Of a DNA stretch of 64,000 nt, positions 13,850 through 26,390 are shown in pieces (the first letter of the stretch is position 1; the number at the start of each line of letters is the position of its first letter). The DNA is from Octopus vulgaris (Eukaryota): contig OX597832.1 of the NCBI GenBank assembly GCA_951406725.2, positions 4,960,001 to 5,024,000 on the forward strand. The letters run 5' to 3'. Both the position numbers and the translations under genes were made by a program. The notes under the pieces were generated by a model. That model did no database searches, had not been told where the DNA came from, and saw nothing but the letters and a program-made list of their open reading frames with translations.

Positions 13850-14143
13850 GCTATATCATGAAATATAAGCATCCAACCCATACTGTAAAGTGGTTGGCAT
13901 TTGGAAGGGCATCTACCTGTAAAAACCATGTCAAAACTGACCTCGCCCATGCTAGTGCCATGTAAAAAGTACTCAGTCCACTTTGCAGATTGGCTGGTGT
14001 CAGGAAGGGCATCCAGCCATAAAAAAACTTGCCAAAACAGACACAACAGCCAGTGGTTAGTCTTCTACCTGGCTGGCTTGTGTTAACCTGGCCAACCCAT
14101 ACCTGCATGGAAAATGGACATTAAATGATGGTAATAACGATGA
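13850..14143 (+). mobile_element. RTE-type 3' tail copy (tandemly doubled)
   Basis: Two successive gtggttggcat..ggaagggcatc units, ending catggaaaatggacattaaatgatg. Confidence 0.7.
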
Positions 14144-15239
14144 CACAATGTATTTGAACACACATATACAGACTTTAACAATGTTCTGAATTTCTCATAT
14201 TGCCAATAGAAGAATTATTGAAATGAAAGGAGTGTTTGCATTAAGCAGCCATACACATGTTTACTAATGTGCACATAATGATACTCTCCTCTACAAACTC
14301 CCTTCTCATTATCATACTATACAGCAACCAGACTTCTCAATTTACTACTACTGTTCTGCCCTTCCTGCATGTGTATCCGTATATCCATCATTGCATGTGA
14401 GCATATAAATCTTTTGGCATTCAGAAAATAGTGGTAGATTACCCAAGTATATTGTATAAGTGCATTGGATCCAGTAGGTTAATAGGTCTACGTGGTCTGA
14501 AGTTGAGGGGATGCACCTTGCATTCCAAAGTAGAGTGTATTTTATTGTATGTAATCTGGGTTATTGTTCTGGGCATTGTACCATTGTTGATTGGGTGATT
14601 CAGAATACACCATCAGATGAGTTGTGCATGAGGATATCTGATACAAGCTGTTTGTGGTGTGGAGAAGTTAGTTTATATCAGATATGACAAGGGAAAATAA
14701 TTTAACCCATGCAAAGTGTTTGCTAAATAAGTTAAAAAAGTAAACCACATGATACTTACAACCTTTGCTCTTTCTGATTCTATATCCACACTATTTTCAA
14801 TACATATGTCCTCATGAACATATTACCAAAAGGGTACATTCTTGTTATCATATTTACCACTGTTTGAAACCCACTAAAGCTTCCTCTTGTCCACCCATGT
14901 AACATAAAAGGTCACCATAAATCTTCTTTTACAAACTTCATGTGGCCCATGGAAGCATGGTAAAGTAGATGTTAAAATGATGATGATGATGTAGGTGTGG
15001 TGCTACAAACTAAAGGAACGCGTGTGTGTGTGTCAGTCCGTTTTCCATGCTGGCATGGGTTGGATAGTTTGATTGGAGCATAAATCTCCTCCACAAACAG
15101 TAAACATGTCCCTGCTCCTTCCATCATACTTTAACCTCTCAACACCTTGTTTAAAAGACCATCCTATCTCCTCTCCTCCTCAGCAAAAGAGGCTCTTCAG
15201 TCTTGCAAGTTACAAGGCAACCTCATTTGTACTGGTACC

Positions 15240-16330
15240 ACAGAAAAAGCACCCAGCAAAAGTTACAGATTGTTTATAGAGAAGACACCATTGGTAAGAA
15301 AAATTTACACAGATGGATAAGAAAGTTTAAAGAAGTAGAATCCAGCACTGAAGACAAACCACACAGTGGGAAACCATCAGCTTGACCACTGACACAAACT
15401 GCAGGTAAGTGAACAAATTGATTCATGTAGAAAGATGAATCACAATCACAGTTTTGTGTTGATTTCTATGGCTGGATGCCCTTCCAAAACAAGCTTGAGG
15501 TACAACTAGACTTTGGGTACATTGGCAGTTGACACCTGATTTGAAGGAAAGAGGGATGAACTCTGCTTTGATCAGCTCTGCTTGAAGTACCTGAAAACAA
15601 TGACAAGCATTTTTTTTTTTCTGATTTGGCAACAAGGGATAAAATGAGGTTGTATCTTTTTTACCTAGAAACTATTAAGTTCATGGAATAGAGTCATGCC
15701 TCTTCTCCAAGGACTAAGAAGTTCAAGAACTGACAACTGACACAGAAAATTATGGTGATTGTCTTTTGAGATGACAAGGACATCAGTCTTCTTGATTTTC
15801 TGGAATGTGGCTGTACCTGTACTATGAACAGTAAGCAGTACATTGAGACAATCAAAAAGCTTAAACTAGCCTTTAGGAGGAAGAAACTAAACAAGAATCT
15901 GAAAGTGGTCCAATTTCACCACAACAGTGCATGATTACATACATCTTTGGCAAGAAATCAAGTGATCAGCAATGTGGACTGGTCAGTAGTCCCCTAACTA
16001 CCTGATGCCCTCCGACTTCTACCCATTCAGTTCAATGAAAGATAGTCTAGGTGGGGATAACAATTTGATGACACAGAGAAGGTGAAAGTAGTCATGAAAT
16101 AGGTTCCTATAACAGTGCACACCTGAAATTTTTCAAAGAGGACCCAAGAGTTTGTGTGTATGTGTGTAAAACGATAGCACAAATGCATTGCTTGTGATGC
16201 AGACTATGTTGAGAAGTACTTTTGCAGAGAAGAAGAATTATTCTACCACATGAGCAATTTGAACGACCTATATCACTTAATTAAAAATGTTATGTTTACA
16301 ATAGCATTACTTTCAGTACAACCCCAATAT
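15240..16330 (+). mobile_element. Decayed mariner transposon (5' end lost)
   Basis: HTH LQIVYREDTIGKKNLHRWIRKFKE..EDKPHSGKP, then WV..QLT, KIMVIVF*D, FHHNSA, PSDFYPF and KCIACDADYVEK. Right TIR-like attactttcagtacaaccccaaTA. Confidence 0.8.
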
Positions 16331-18562
16331 ACATATAAATCACTCATTTTACATGTTGTTTCCATGCTGCCAGGGGTTATACAAATATATTAGTGAGGCA
16401 TTGTTTTGCAGTTGCATATCTTTCCTGTTTGTAACCCTTACCTAATTACAAAGTAAGATATTACTTATTCCATACCATTTTCTAAGTGCAAACCTAGCAG
16501 ACAATTTGTTGACAGGACAAATTACAAAAACGTCACCACTTTTAGGTCGGTGATTTTCAGAAAAACACAAACGTAAACACTCATGCAGACATACACCCAC
16601 TAGTATATCCATCTAAGAGTGACGGACTATTCTCAGTTTCTATCAACTAAATCCACTCACAAGGATTTGGTGGACATAAAACAGAAATCATGTGGTTGGG
16701 AAATGAATTTCTTAATCATACAGCCATGCCCCCCCCCACACACACACACATAAAACAGGCTTCCCTCAAGCAAATTCCAGGGCTTCCTCGTTTCCAGGGC
16801 CCCATGGAAGTATTTACTTCGTCAGAAGTTGTTTTCCAGGTCAAAAAGAAAGATCTTTCATGGACAACTATTTTGATACGAACCACGTCACACGTCAATG
16901 TCTGGCACTAAAGATAGTTTTCCATAGGAGAATATGTCTGTTCGCAATGATAATTTATTGCAACAAACTCTTTTGATACATATGTACAGGTACCATGTGC
17001 ACGATACAGTCTCCAATGAGCTTCATATCCTCACCAGAAAGAGGACAACTGTGATGGAAGAGAGTCAAATGCGATGGGAAAGTAATTATGTCTCATATAT
17101 TTGCTGTTAATCATTCTCTCTTCTATTAACATTCAATACACACTGTAAGTAGTTAATAGTCGTGCGTTGCGCACGTTAATTAGGAATGTAATTAAAATAT
17201 TTGATGGATCCAACTTCAATCATGACAAGAAACTGAATACTTTACAACTAACCGGCATGATTTGTTTTGTAAGGTTACACCTACTTTACACAAGGTAAAA
17301 AATACCTTCACTTTCAAAGGGCTCTGGAAACGAGAAACACCTCAAGTCCATTTATAAGGCATTAAGTAAACCCGAAGTTACAGTAGAAACATGGAACCAC
17401 ATGTCTGTAGGGCGAACTTCTAAACGACATAGCCGTACCAGCGCTTCTGTATTTGTGTGACGAAAACAAGAAAATCACGGCGAGCAAAATTACTTCGTGG
17501 GAATTATTTCGCCCAAATTGTACCTTCCTATCACATTCACAATCGGAAATGTAGTGATTTGCCAGTTGGAAATCTATAAACAACGACGCTATTTAACACA
17601 AAATACACGATTAAAAAAGAAAAACTAACTAGTTGTCAGTGGTGTTCTGCTTAGATGTTTGAACCCATAAAACCATTATGTCCATGTATTTAACTTACTC
17701 TACTCCACACACCAAATTGCCTAAGTTCTCGTATGAGGTTATGATGATAAACGAATAATATAAAGTTTTTTTTCTAATGTTTCTACAACCAAGTCCGGCC
17801 TAAGAGTGGAAATTGAACTTTCAAAGGGAGGGGTTACAAAATGGTCACCATCTCCAGATAATGAAATAATGACTGCTGAGGAAAACAACTGAATGTAAAA
17901 ACTTAGGTGTTATTAATGAGATTTATATAGATCGATAATAACAAATCAACATATTTGTGAGGTTTCATTTTGATAGTAATATTTACTGACACTGGAGTAG
18001 TGCAAACCTACTTTTAAAAACTATTGGAAAAAAGAAAAAGGATTGCAAACACCAAGGTGGTGACAATGGGTGTGGCAAATATTCCCCAACTGAAGATATT
18101 CGAACATTATTTTGATATGTTAATCTTCATAATCAGCTTCGTATAATGTAAGTTCAAAGTAGAAAATAAAAAAACATTTTTTTTTTAATGCTGTTTTATG
18201 TATTTCGATCAAAGTGAGAAATTAATCGACTCTAAAATGTTTACTTTTCTGTGTTTGTTGTGAAACACAACGATACATCAGGTATATTTCCCAAAATGTA
18301 GTTTAACTAACAAACGAAAATAAATAAATATTCATGTTGTTCAGTTTTACGACTTACGCAAAAATAATCATGAAAATAACATTGAGATGAAAATGTCAAG
18401 AAGTTAGATTAAACTTCGGTCAAATTATTTTAATGTTGGATACAATAAATTATTTTGTGATATTTTGATGATGACTAATTTACGTATAATAGAAATAATT
18501 TAGAAGAATTAAACAGCTGAAAATCAACATATAACTAAATATTTGATTTGATCAAGACTCAC

Positions 18563-18688
18563 CCTACATGTTGCTGTAGTTTTACCTTTCTCACAGTAAG
18601 TAACGGGAGCAAGTCCAGGCAGGTAAAAACTTAATATAGGTGGGATACATGACACGCAAACTAACGAATAAATAAACAATAGTACCAT
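18563..18688 (-). CDS. TM9SF2: TM9SF2 (nonaspanin / EMP70 family) coding exon 1
   Basis: Minus strand reads MVLLFIYSLVCVSCIPPILSFYLPGLAPVTYCEKGKTTATCR: a hydrophobic signal peptide, then the family FYLPGLAP motif. Ends at the donor AGG|GTGAGT, phase 0. Confidence 0.93.
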
Positions 18689-18910
18689 TTTGGGCAATAA
18701 TTAACGATAAACACAAATATAAAAATATGCTACAATATTACTAAGAGATTATTTCCGGGTGTACCAACAAGAAATATTTATAGGACGAAAATGGCTGCTA
18801 CACGTCACCGTAGAGAAACGGTGAGCGGAATAGTGGCCAGCATGACAGTTTCAAGGGACTTAACTCTAGACAGAATCCTGCCAACAATTTGTGACGCAAT
18901 TCACATTGAA
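18689..18910 (-). promoter_or_regulatory. Probable TM9SF2 5' UTR / proximal promoter
   Basis: Non-repetitive and locally CpG-richer, directly upstream of the ATG. Contains CACGTCA (about 18801) and TGACGCAAT (about 18892), both ATF/CREB-like, and AAAATGGC (YY1-like). The TSS cannot be determined. Confidence 0.45.
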
Positions 18911-18954
18911 CAGCTGCGTTGTTTGTTCGTATTTGTCTAGTTAGCATATTATAC

Positions 18955-19145
18955 CTATTTCTTTACTACCCACAAGGGGCTAAACACGGAGGGGACAAAC
19001 AAGGACAGACACAGGTATTAAGTCGATTACATCGACTCCAGTGCGTAACTGGTACTTATTTAATCGACCCAGAAAGGATGAAAGGCAAAGTCGACCTCGG
19101 TGGAATTTGAACTCAGAACGTAGCGGCAGACGAAATACGGCTAAT
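18955..19145 (-). mobile_element. tRNA-derived SINE with taagtaccag (Nin/Deu-like) body
   Basis: The reverse complement matches 23682-23915 (gttctgagttcaaattcc, gaggtcgactttgcc, aaataagtaccagt, ggtcgatgtaat). Confidence 0.8.
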
Positions 19146-22100
19146 TCAAGCTTTAGAAGTTGTTCAGTTCAGTGCCTCAGTAGTTGTTGCAATTAGTTTT
19201 TATGAAACTCGTATAAAGGTGAGGAACGAGTTTTCTGAGAATGTCATCACTAACAGAAAGACATCGAGCAAAAATTGTCAAATACTAGATTACGAAGTGA
19301 AGACTATTCCAACAGTATAAAGTATGGCAACAGCAGGGTCTCTCCCTTACAATAGACAGTGAGTTTTAAAAAAATTTGATTAACCAAGATTATCGATGCA
19401 ACTGGTGGACAAAAATTCCCTCGGTGTGTTTAAAATTTAATAACAAGCAAGCTAACTCCAATAAAATCAATTGCCGTTTTAGCTAGCATATAAGACACAC
19501 CCTTATTTTATAAATCTTTTAGTTGAAAAAGTAAACTCAGTTTGTGCCATTGTACATTTATTGAACAATATTTGAAAGTTTTATAGGATAAAAAATATCT
19601 GTGCATGTAAATTCAATGTTGTGACATTATACTAGAATAAAGTGTAAAATCATAAATTTATTTTATATGCCTTTTATCATAAGAGATAAATCTGTAATCA
19701 GAGTACCATGTCTCAGTTTTATCTTCTTTCAAAGTAACTGTATAGTAGTTTATGTTTTGGCCAAGAGAATTGTCACACAGAAGGTTAAAACACGGATTTC
19801 TGACTATGATATTTTGCATAACTGCAATCGACCACCAGGGTGGTGACTATTGCTATAGTTTTGTTGTCATCCACTCATTGCAAATGGCTGATAGGTAGAT
19901 AAAAATTTATTAATATTCTTTCCATCCTTTCAAGAAAGATTTCCATTTAAATCATCTTAAACATAGCACAATCAGTAAATAATGTAAGACATATATGGTG
20001 TGGGCTATGTATACTGGGGGAGGCGATATAATGAGATGATGTGGCCTTCCTATACAACTGCCAATATACCCTAATGAATTTTTCATAAGTTTCTACTAAC
20101 AGACTGTGATGATAATTTGACTTGTTTTCAATATTTTATTATTACTAATAATTATTGTGCTCAACGGACTTGTATTGGGGCTTAGATTTGAAACTATATC
20201 AGCTCAGTAATGACAAATTGGACACAACACATCAAGTGGCTTGCCCTGGATTCTGGCCACTTGTATTTTAGTTACAATCATTTGATTATATGATTTTGAA
20301 AGAAAATTTTCTTGAGTTTCCTACCAAAACATAACTGTAAATTGAGGTGCATGTTTCAGAGTAGAGGGATGAGACATGCAGTAGAAACAGAGAAGCAGTG
20401 GTTATGAGGTCACAGAGGAGACAGGCTGACAGGATTCTTGATCAGCTGCTTGACCTCAGATTAAGAAGAATTGCTTTGTCTGCCATGAATATAATATTCT
20501 CACTTCTCCAAGCAATGACACAAGATATTCTTAATTTTCACCTCTTGCCCTACATGATGATGTAGTGCTCTGATAGCCAACATACATACATAACTTACTA
20601 CTAGTAATATAGCCTATATTTTTATGCAAATAAATGATTTATTGAAAGTTTCAAACAGCCTTGATTTTAATATGGGTAACAACATGCAACATTACCAAAT
20701 ATTCACCAGCCATTCAACCAGCTTCAACATTGGCAACCCTGACATTTAATCAAGCTTCCACATTGGAGACCCCAATGCTAGAAATGACAGTCAGAGTAAG
20801 TTACATTGGTAATATTGGTGTCTAACATGGAACTACAGTCTATATTTTGTGAATCTGATGCTCAAATATACTTCAAATTGGCGACATTGACATTTAATTA
20901 AGTTACACTGGAAACCATGTCATTAGAAATGGCTGCCAAAAGATGCTACATCAATTCAGTTAAACCAAAGACACTATGGAAAACTTGATGCCAATACCAC
21001 CACTAAAAATTGCTAAATTCAACAGCAAAAAGTCTCGCAACTACTTCAAAGTGAGAATGCCCAATGAAAATACAAATACTGCAGATGCCAACTCTGCTAC
21101 AACAAATTATATTTAACAATGACACCATTGTCTCAGCAATTTCCTACCAGCTGACAGCCATGAATTGGTGACTAGTCTGTTTGAAATTGCAGCCAACATA
21201 GACTAGACAATTGAACTTTGTAGCCTAGTTAGCAACCAGTGAGAAAAAATATCAAGATGCAACCAAACTGTTTTGCACACATTCTCTTGGCATTTTCACA
21301 TAAAAAGAACACAAACAATGCTTTTCTGCATCTCACTTCCAGTCAGCTACTTCCCTCTATAAGACCTTACCATGGCCACATTGCATATAGAATAAGTTTC
21401 AATGGTTCAGTACATCTAGCATTTTTACCTAAAGCAACATTATTTTCTCAGCTTCTAATAGAAAATTTGTTTATCATATGGACTCAGTTTCTGTGTGAAA
21501 GATTTTTTGCATAAATTACTTTGGAAAAGTAATTTATAAAAGCACAAAATAAATTTTTCCATTGTAAGCAGCTGTGAGTGCTTCATTAATTTGAAGTGCT
21601 GTGTTCAACTTCTCTCATGCTTGGAAAACTGAGATATTGTATAAAGACCAAATGTGTTACAAGATTCAATAATTAGGGCTAAGGCTTAGAAATCAAGAAA
21701 TGGGAAGTTGAGGGAGGCCACATTAAAGTAATAATTAAGAATATTCAAGAGTAGAAAAGTAGACTATGGATTCTGTTCAGAAGAAAACAAGCTTTCACCT
21801 ATTCAAAATTATACTGAACTTGTTTAATTTACTGTCATGCAACTTAATATGTGTTCTATAATGAAAAAAGGACTTTAAATGTGATTCAACCAATTGAATC
21901 AAGGCAGAAATGAAGTGTTTAGTTGTTCAACACAGTTGCTTTTTGTACTCCACTATTTTCAATAAGCTGGTTGCATATACTATTAGTAGGTGTCTATAAT
22001 CAGATTTATGCTGGTATTATTGATTAGTTACTGTATTAAACTATAAATACATAACTGAGGAAACTAGTGCTGTTTTGCATTTGTAAATAGTAATTTGAAG

Positions 22101-22544
22101 AGTACAACCTGTGAAATAAATCTCTAACATGAGAAAGAAGTCTAATGATTCAGCAAAAACATTTCATCAGAGAGAAGATAAGATGTCTGATGGATTGAAG
22201 GATAAATAAATTAGGAGTGGTGGGAGAAGAAAAATATAGAAGTAGAGGGGGAGGAGTAAGAGGCAGTGATGAATGTTTGTGGAGGAGAAAACCAATAGAC
22301 TTGTAAAATGTTGAAGGAAGATAGGAGAGGCAACCAACACATAGATGCATACATGCATATATATATGTATATATGTGTATATATATGTGCACATATACAT
22401 ATACATACAATCACATGAACATATATAAAGATATATGAAAGTACATGTAATGCAAGTACACTTTGATACATATTCAAACACACACAGATATAGAAGTATT
22501 TGGATACACACATAATCACACATGCCACATGTATAAGACAGCTA

Positions 22545-22920
22545 TGTGAAGCTGCTGGAGACTGTGGTCATATCCTGGCTGAAGAGCGTTACTGCTAGAA
22601 AGCCATGTGTGACAGCAGGGTTCAGCTCCTTGCCATACCTCCAGAAACGGTCAGAAGTTGTTGGAGAATGTACATGACTTCACCAGCCCCAATTTCTGGC
22701 CTTCTAATCCTCCCAGTTGTAATCCTATGGATTACTATGTATGGGGCATGGTAGAGAATGACACCAACCACTCTGCCTGCAACATCAAGGTCGAGCTAGT
22801 GGTGAAGACCAAGGAAGGGTTTGAAGATTTTCCTAGGGAGACAGTGAGGAACACATGTGCCAGGTTCTGGAGCCAACTCGAGGCAGTTGTAGAAGCTGAG
22901 AAACAGGTGCTTTGAGTAAA
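22545..22920 (+). mobile_element. DD37D (maT)-like transposase C-terminal fragment
   Basis: LETVVISWLK..QQGSAPCHTS..FWPSNPPSCNPMDYYVWG..CARFWSQLEAVVEAE matches the WPPxSPDxNPLDYxVW region. Confidence 0.8.
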
Positions 22921-23191
22921 CTGTTATCTCCCAGCCATAATCTACTTAATACTTTTAGATATTTTAAAATACTTTTATTTTTGGTTGGGATATTATGTTT
23001 TCGTTTCCTTTTATGCAAGCTGTAAAATTTAACCCAAATATCCTGTATATGAATGTGTGTGTGTTATTTAAAATAGTTTGATTTGGTTCTGTGCTACTTC
23101 AAGTTTCACAGGCCCCTAATGTGAGCCTGACTCCTTCAGGACTTCTGGAATGCTGAAAGGAGAGAACCATATATATATATATATATATATA

Positions 23192-23279
23192 TATAAACAA
23201 CTTATAAACAAGGGCAAGAGAAAAAAATTTCAATGCATTGAAATTTTTTTCTTTTGCCCTTGTTTATAAGTTGTTTATA
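23192..23279. repeat. Near-perfect 88-bp palindrome next to (TA)n
   Basis: 44-bp arms, no spacer, one mismatch, centre caatg|cattg. Confidence 0.9.
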
Positions 23280-23681
23280 AATTTAACCTTTAAAGGTATT
23301 TTTTTAATATGCTGGCCATTGATAAAATTTTTTCGAAAATTTTAATTGATATGTGTATATATATATAACATATTGATATATACATATATATCATAATAAT
23401 TCTGCTTGTCATTACATTACTTAGCCCATTGGTAATGTTTATATGTGATTAGAGAAAAAGAGAGAGAGAGAAAAAATAAGGAGAAATTGAAGGAGAGAGA
23501 AGCGTCTATAACATGAGGTAGACGGAATGTAATTGTAACACTTTCATGTGATTAGTTCAAGGGAAAGAGAGGAGAAAGAAAAAAGAAAGAGAAAAAGTGG
23601 ATAAGGTGAAGAGTGAGACAAAGTGGGAGAGAGAAGCACCTATGACATGAGGTAGGAGGACGTAATATTTATTACATGGTT

Positions 23682-23915
23682 AAAGGCGGCGAGCTGGCAG
23701 AAACAGCATGGCGGGTGAAATGCTTAGTGGTATTTCACCTGCCATTAGGTTCTGAATTCAAATTTCGCCGAGGTCGACTTTGCCGTACATCCTTTCAGGG
23801 TCAATTAAATAAGTACCAGTTATGCACTGGGGTCGATGTAATTGACTTAATCCCTTTTTCTATCCTTGTTTGTCCCCTCTATATTTAGCCCCCTGTGGCC
23901 AATAAAGACAAATAT
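23682..23915 (+). mobile_element. tRNA-derived SINE (Nin/Deu-like body)
   Basis: Head aaggcggcgagctggcagaa and B-box-like gttctgaattcaaatt. Other copies lie at 18955, 34190 and 49740. Confidence 0.8.
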
Positions 23916-24649
23916 TTAGTACATGGTTAAAAAAGTTAGTTGAAGGAGAGTTAAAAATGTAATTTTAGCAGAGGGTGAAGGTAAAGAAAAGCAGAGATAG
24001 TGGTGGTGGTGGAAATGGAGGTGATGATAGTATAGATGGAGTTGGTGGTGGTGGTGGTGATTGGATAGTGAAAAGTGTATGTTTTTTTTAATTGAACTAA
24101 GTTTTTTATATCCTATCACTTAATGTATGCACATAAGTGCAATTCCGTGAAATATGCACACTTATTTACATGGCAGATACATTCAGTTAAACTAAAGGTT
24201 GTATCATGTACGGAATATTTCTTGTGTTTATGGGTAAAATGGAAAAATAAGAGAGAATATTTATTTTATGAGTGCTATGTATTAAGTCTATAAAATTGTG
24301 CATAAAGTATATAAAGTGCATTAAGTAATCATTGTACTTCAATTTCCTTCAATGATTAGCAGATGAGTGACTATCTTCTGATACAGACACAACAAAGGCT
24401 ACACTTTCAGGTTTTTTGGATAAAGTTTTCAGAAATAACCCAATAGGTTTACCATTAATTCTTTGAAATATTCACAAGTCCCACTAATATATATGATATT
24501 GATACATATACAAAATATTGGGGTTTAGTTTACAGTTGATCTAAACGATTAGGTATGCTAGGTAAGTGATGTAACGGATTATTAGGGTTCCAAAATTATA
24601 GCTGAGACGGTAGTTATGGAGCCATTGCAGATTTCTGATATAGCAGATA

Positions 24650-26390
24650 TATGATTGTTTAAAGAGGACAACAAATGTTAACGTTTGTTGTCCGGTGGCA
24701 GCATCAAAAATCTCTTTGCTTGAGATTTAGGTAGAGGATTCTTCTGCTGATGCCTTTAATCAGGTTCTTGAAACCTATGGCTGGCTGACAGGAACCTGTG
24801 TTAATATATGGTAGATTCTTATTTGGCTTCCTAAAGTGTCTATAGGTACCAATCCACCATTTTCAGGTTGGTTTCTATCGGAACCTTCAGTCCAAAGAAT
24901 TCATAGTGCCGGTGAGGTCCTTTCTAAGCTTCTCTAGAATATAGCCATTTGCCCCTCTTGACATTTCCAGCATGTCAAAGCTAGGGAAAGAGAACATCTT
25001 TCTGAGTAAATCTAGGATGAAGAAACCAATGAGGTCACATACGTCAGTACTGTTGAAAATCCCCATTGCCATGTTGAAGGAGTCTTCTGGGTCAGTTTTT
25101 TTGGCTCAGGCCAACCCCTTACTGAAGAGAGGGTTCTTCTGACAGACATGATAATGTGTATGTCCTTGTCACTAACTTCAGTGTAGGACCTAGTGAAGTC
25201 CAGTGCATTAAAAAGGAATTCCCTCAATATAGATGGGTAAAACTCTACTATACTGAATTAGGTAAACCTAGATCTATCCCTTCTGCTATTGGTTTTAAAC
25301 CATGTTATGACCTTGCTGGTGTTACACCATAGGGTGAGGCCAGAAGCACTTCTAACACAGTTATTTTCTTCCTGATGAGCTATTTGCTCACTTGTATGAT
25401 CTCAGACTTCACAGGGTTTATCATCCTGCACTTGCGGTTAGAGGCAAAGTTAGCTTTATGTTCCTTGATTGTAATAAAGGCTTCTTTCTTCACAAGTGTC
25501 TCTAGACCTAATTTAACCCTTTCGTTACCAACCTGGCTGAAATTGGCTCTGGCTATGTAGTACAAATGCCTTGTTTTCATAAATTTTGAATTAAAATCTT
25601 CCACCAAACCTTAGTCACAATTTATGTTCCTAACAATAGCTTAATGATAACAAAGTTATTTTACTAAATTCTTGAAAATTTATGAAAACAAGGCATTTGT
25701 ACTACATAGCCAGAGCCAGTTTCAGCCAGGTTGGTAACGAAAGGGTTAAATTAGGTCTAGAGATACTTGTGAAGAAAGAAGCCTTTATTACAATCAAGGA
25801 ACATAAAGCTAACTTTGCCTCTAACCGCAAGTGCAGGATGATAAGCCCTGTGAAGTCTGAGATCAGACAAGTGAGCAAGTGTTACATCTAAAATAATTGA
25901 AAGAAACACATAGCATCTCAAAATAAATTCAGTAACGGAAATGTTAACCACTATATATTTGACCTCATAGTTAATGCTGTCATAAGCCTGAGGGGCAGCC
26001 CTCCCATCTGTTTGTGTAGCTATGCATATGTGTTGTTACTTACTCTATATAGATTTTTAGTCTCAATGGAGAGTAGAAGTGTCCTATCAGAAGATCTAAG
26101 TCTGTGGATGTCTGCTCTAAGTTTATGTTAGAAAGTATTTGAGGACTTGTAGAATTTCAGGTGGGGTATAATGTCCTACAGGTCATTCTCAAAGGCCTCC
26201 AGTTCCTTGATCTTTGGTGGGAACTTCTTGGATTTCAACCCAAAGAGTTCAGTCTCTATAGAGAGGTGGTTTCAAATGGTCAAAGAAAAAGTCCTTCCAT
26301 CTCGTTCACCTGACCAGGTTGATCATCTTCTCCAACATCAGCCTTGTATAAAGCTCATTTGATGGAGTTGGGTATTCTTTGTTGAATATC
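24650..26390 (-). mobile_element. Decayed Penelope-like retroelement (RT region), interrupted
   Basis: Minus-strand remnants FGLKSKKFPPKIKELEAFENDL, EAFITIKEHKANF..KCRMINPVKSEI, WCNTSKVITWF, SIVEFYPSI and FNMAMGIFNSTDVCDLIGFFIL are typical of PLE RT. Confidence 0.75.
25513..25948 (-). mobile_element. piggyBac-like MITE family A inserted in the PLE, carrying an internal inverted duplication
   Basis: TTAAccctttcgttacc ... gtaacggaaatgTTAA. Homologous to 3055-3255. 25675-25878 is an inverted copy of 25384-25587. Confidence 0.75.

Larger units (their letters stand above)
12937..15079. repeat. 481-bp inverted duplication (12937-13417 vs 14599-15079)
   Basis: The arms are reverse complements with about 4 mismatches seen by eye. 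Spacer is 1181 bp. Confidence 0.95.

Noticed and set aside
17362-17430. MSFRSSPYRHV resembling a coronin N-terminus
   Set aside because: It stops after 22 codons and no further coronin exons were seen, so this is probably chance similarity.
16755-17600. Telomerase RNA or snoRNA host
   Set aside because: No CUAACCCUAA-type template on either strand, and no clear C/D boxes in the putative intron.
18791-18830. Plus-strand ATG and gtgagc donor suggesting a divergent gene
   Set aside because: No downstream exons recognised, so there is too little evidence.
19240-20030. Possible transposase start and pogo-like MITE ends
   Set aside because: Too degraded to define motifs or termini by eye.
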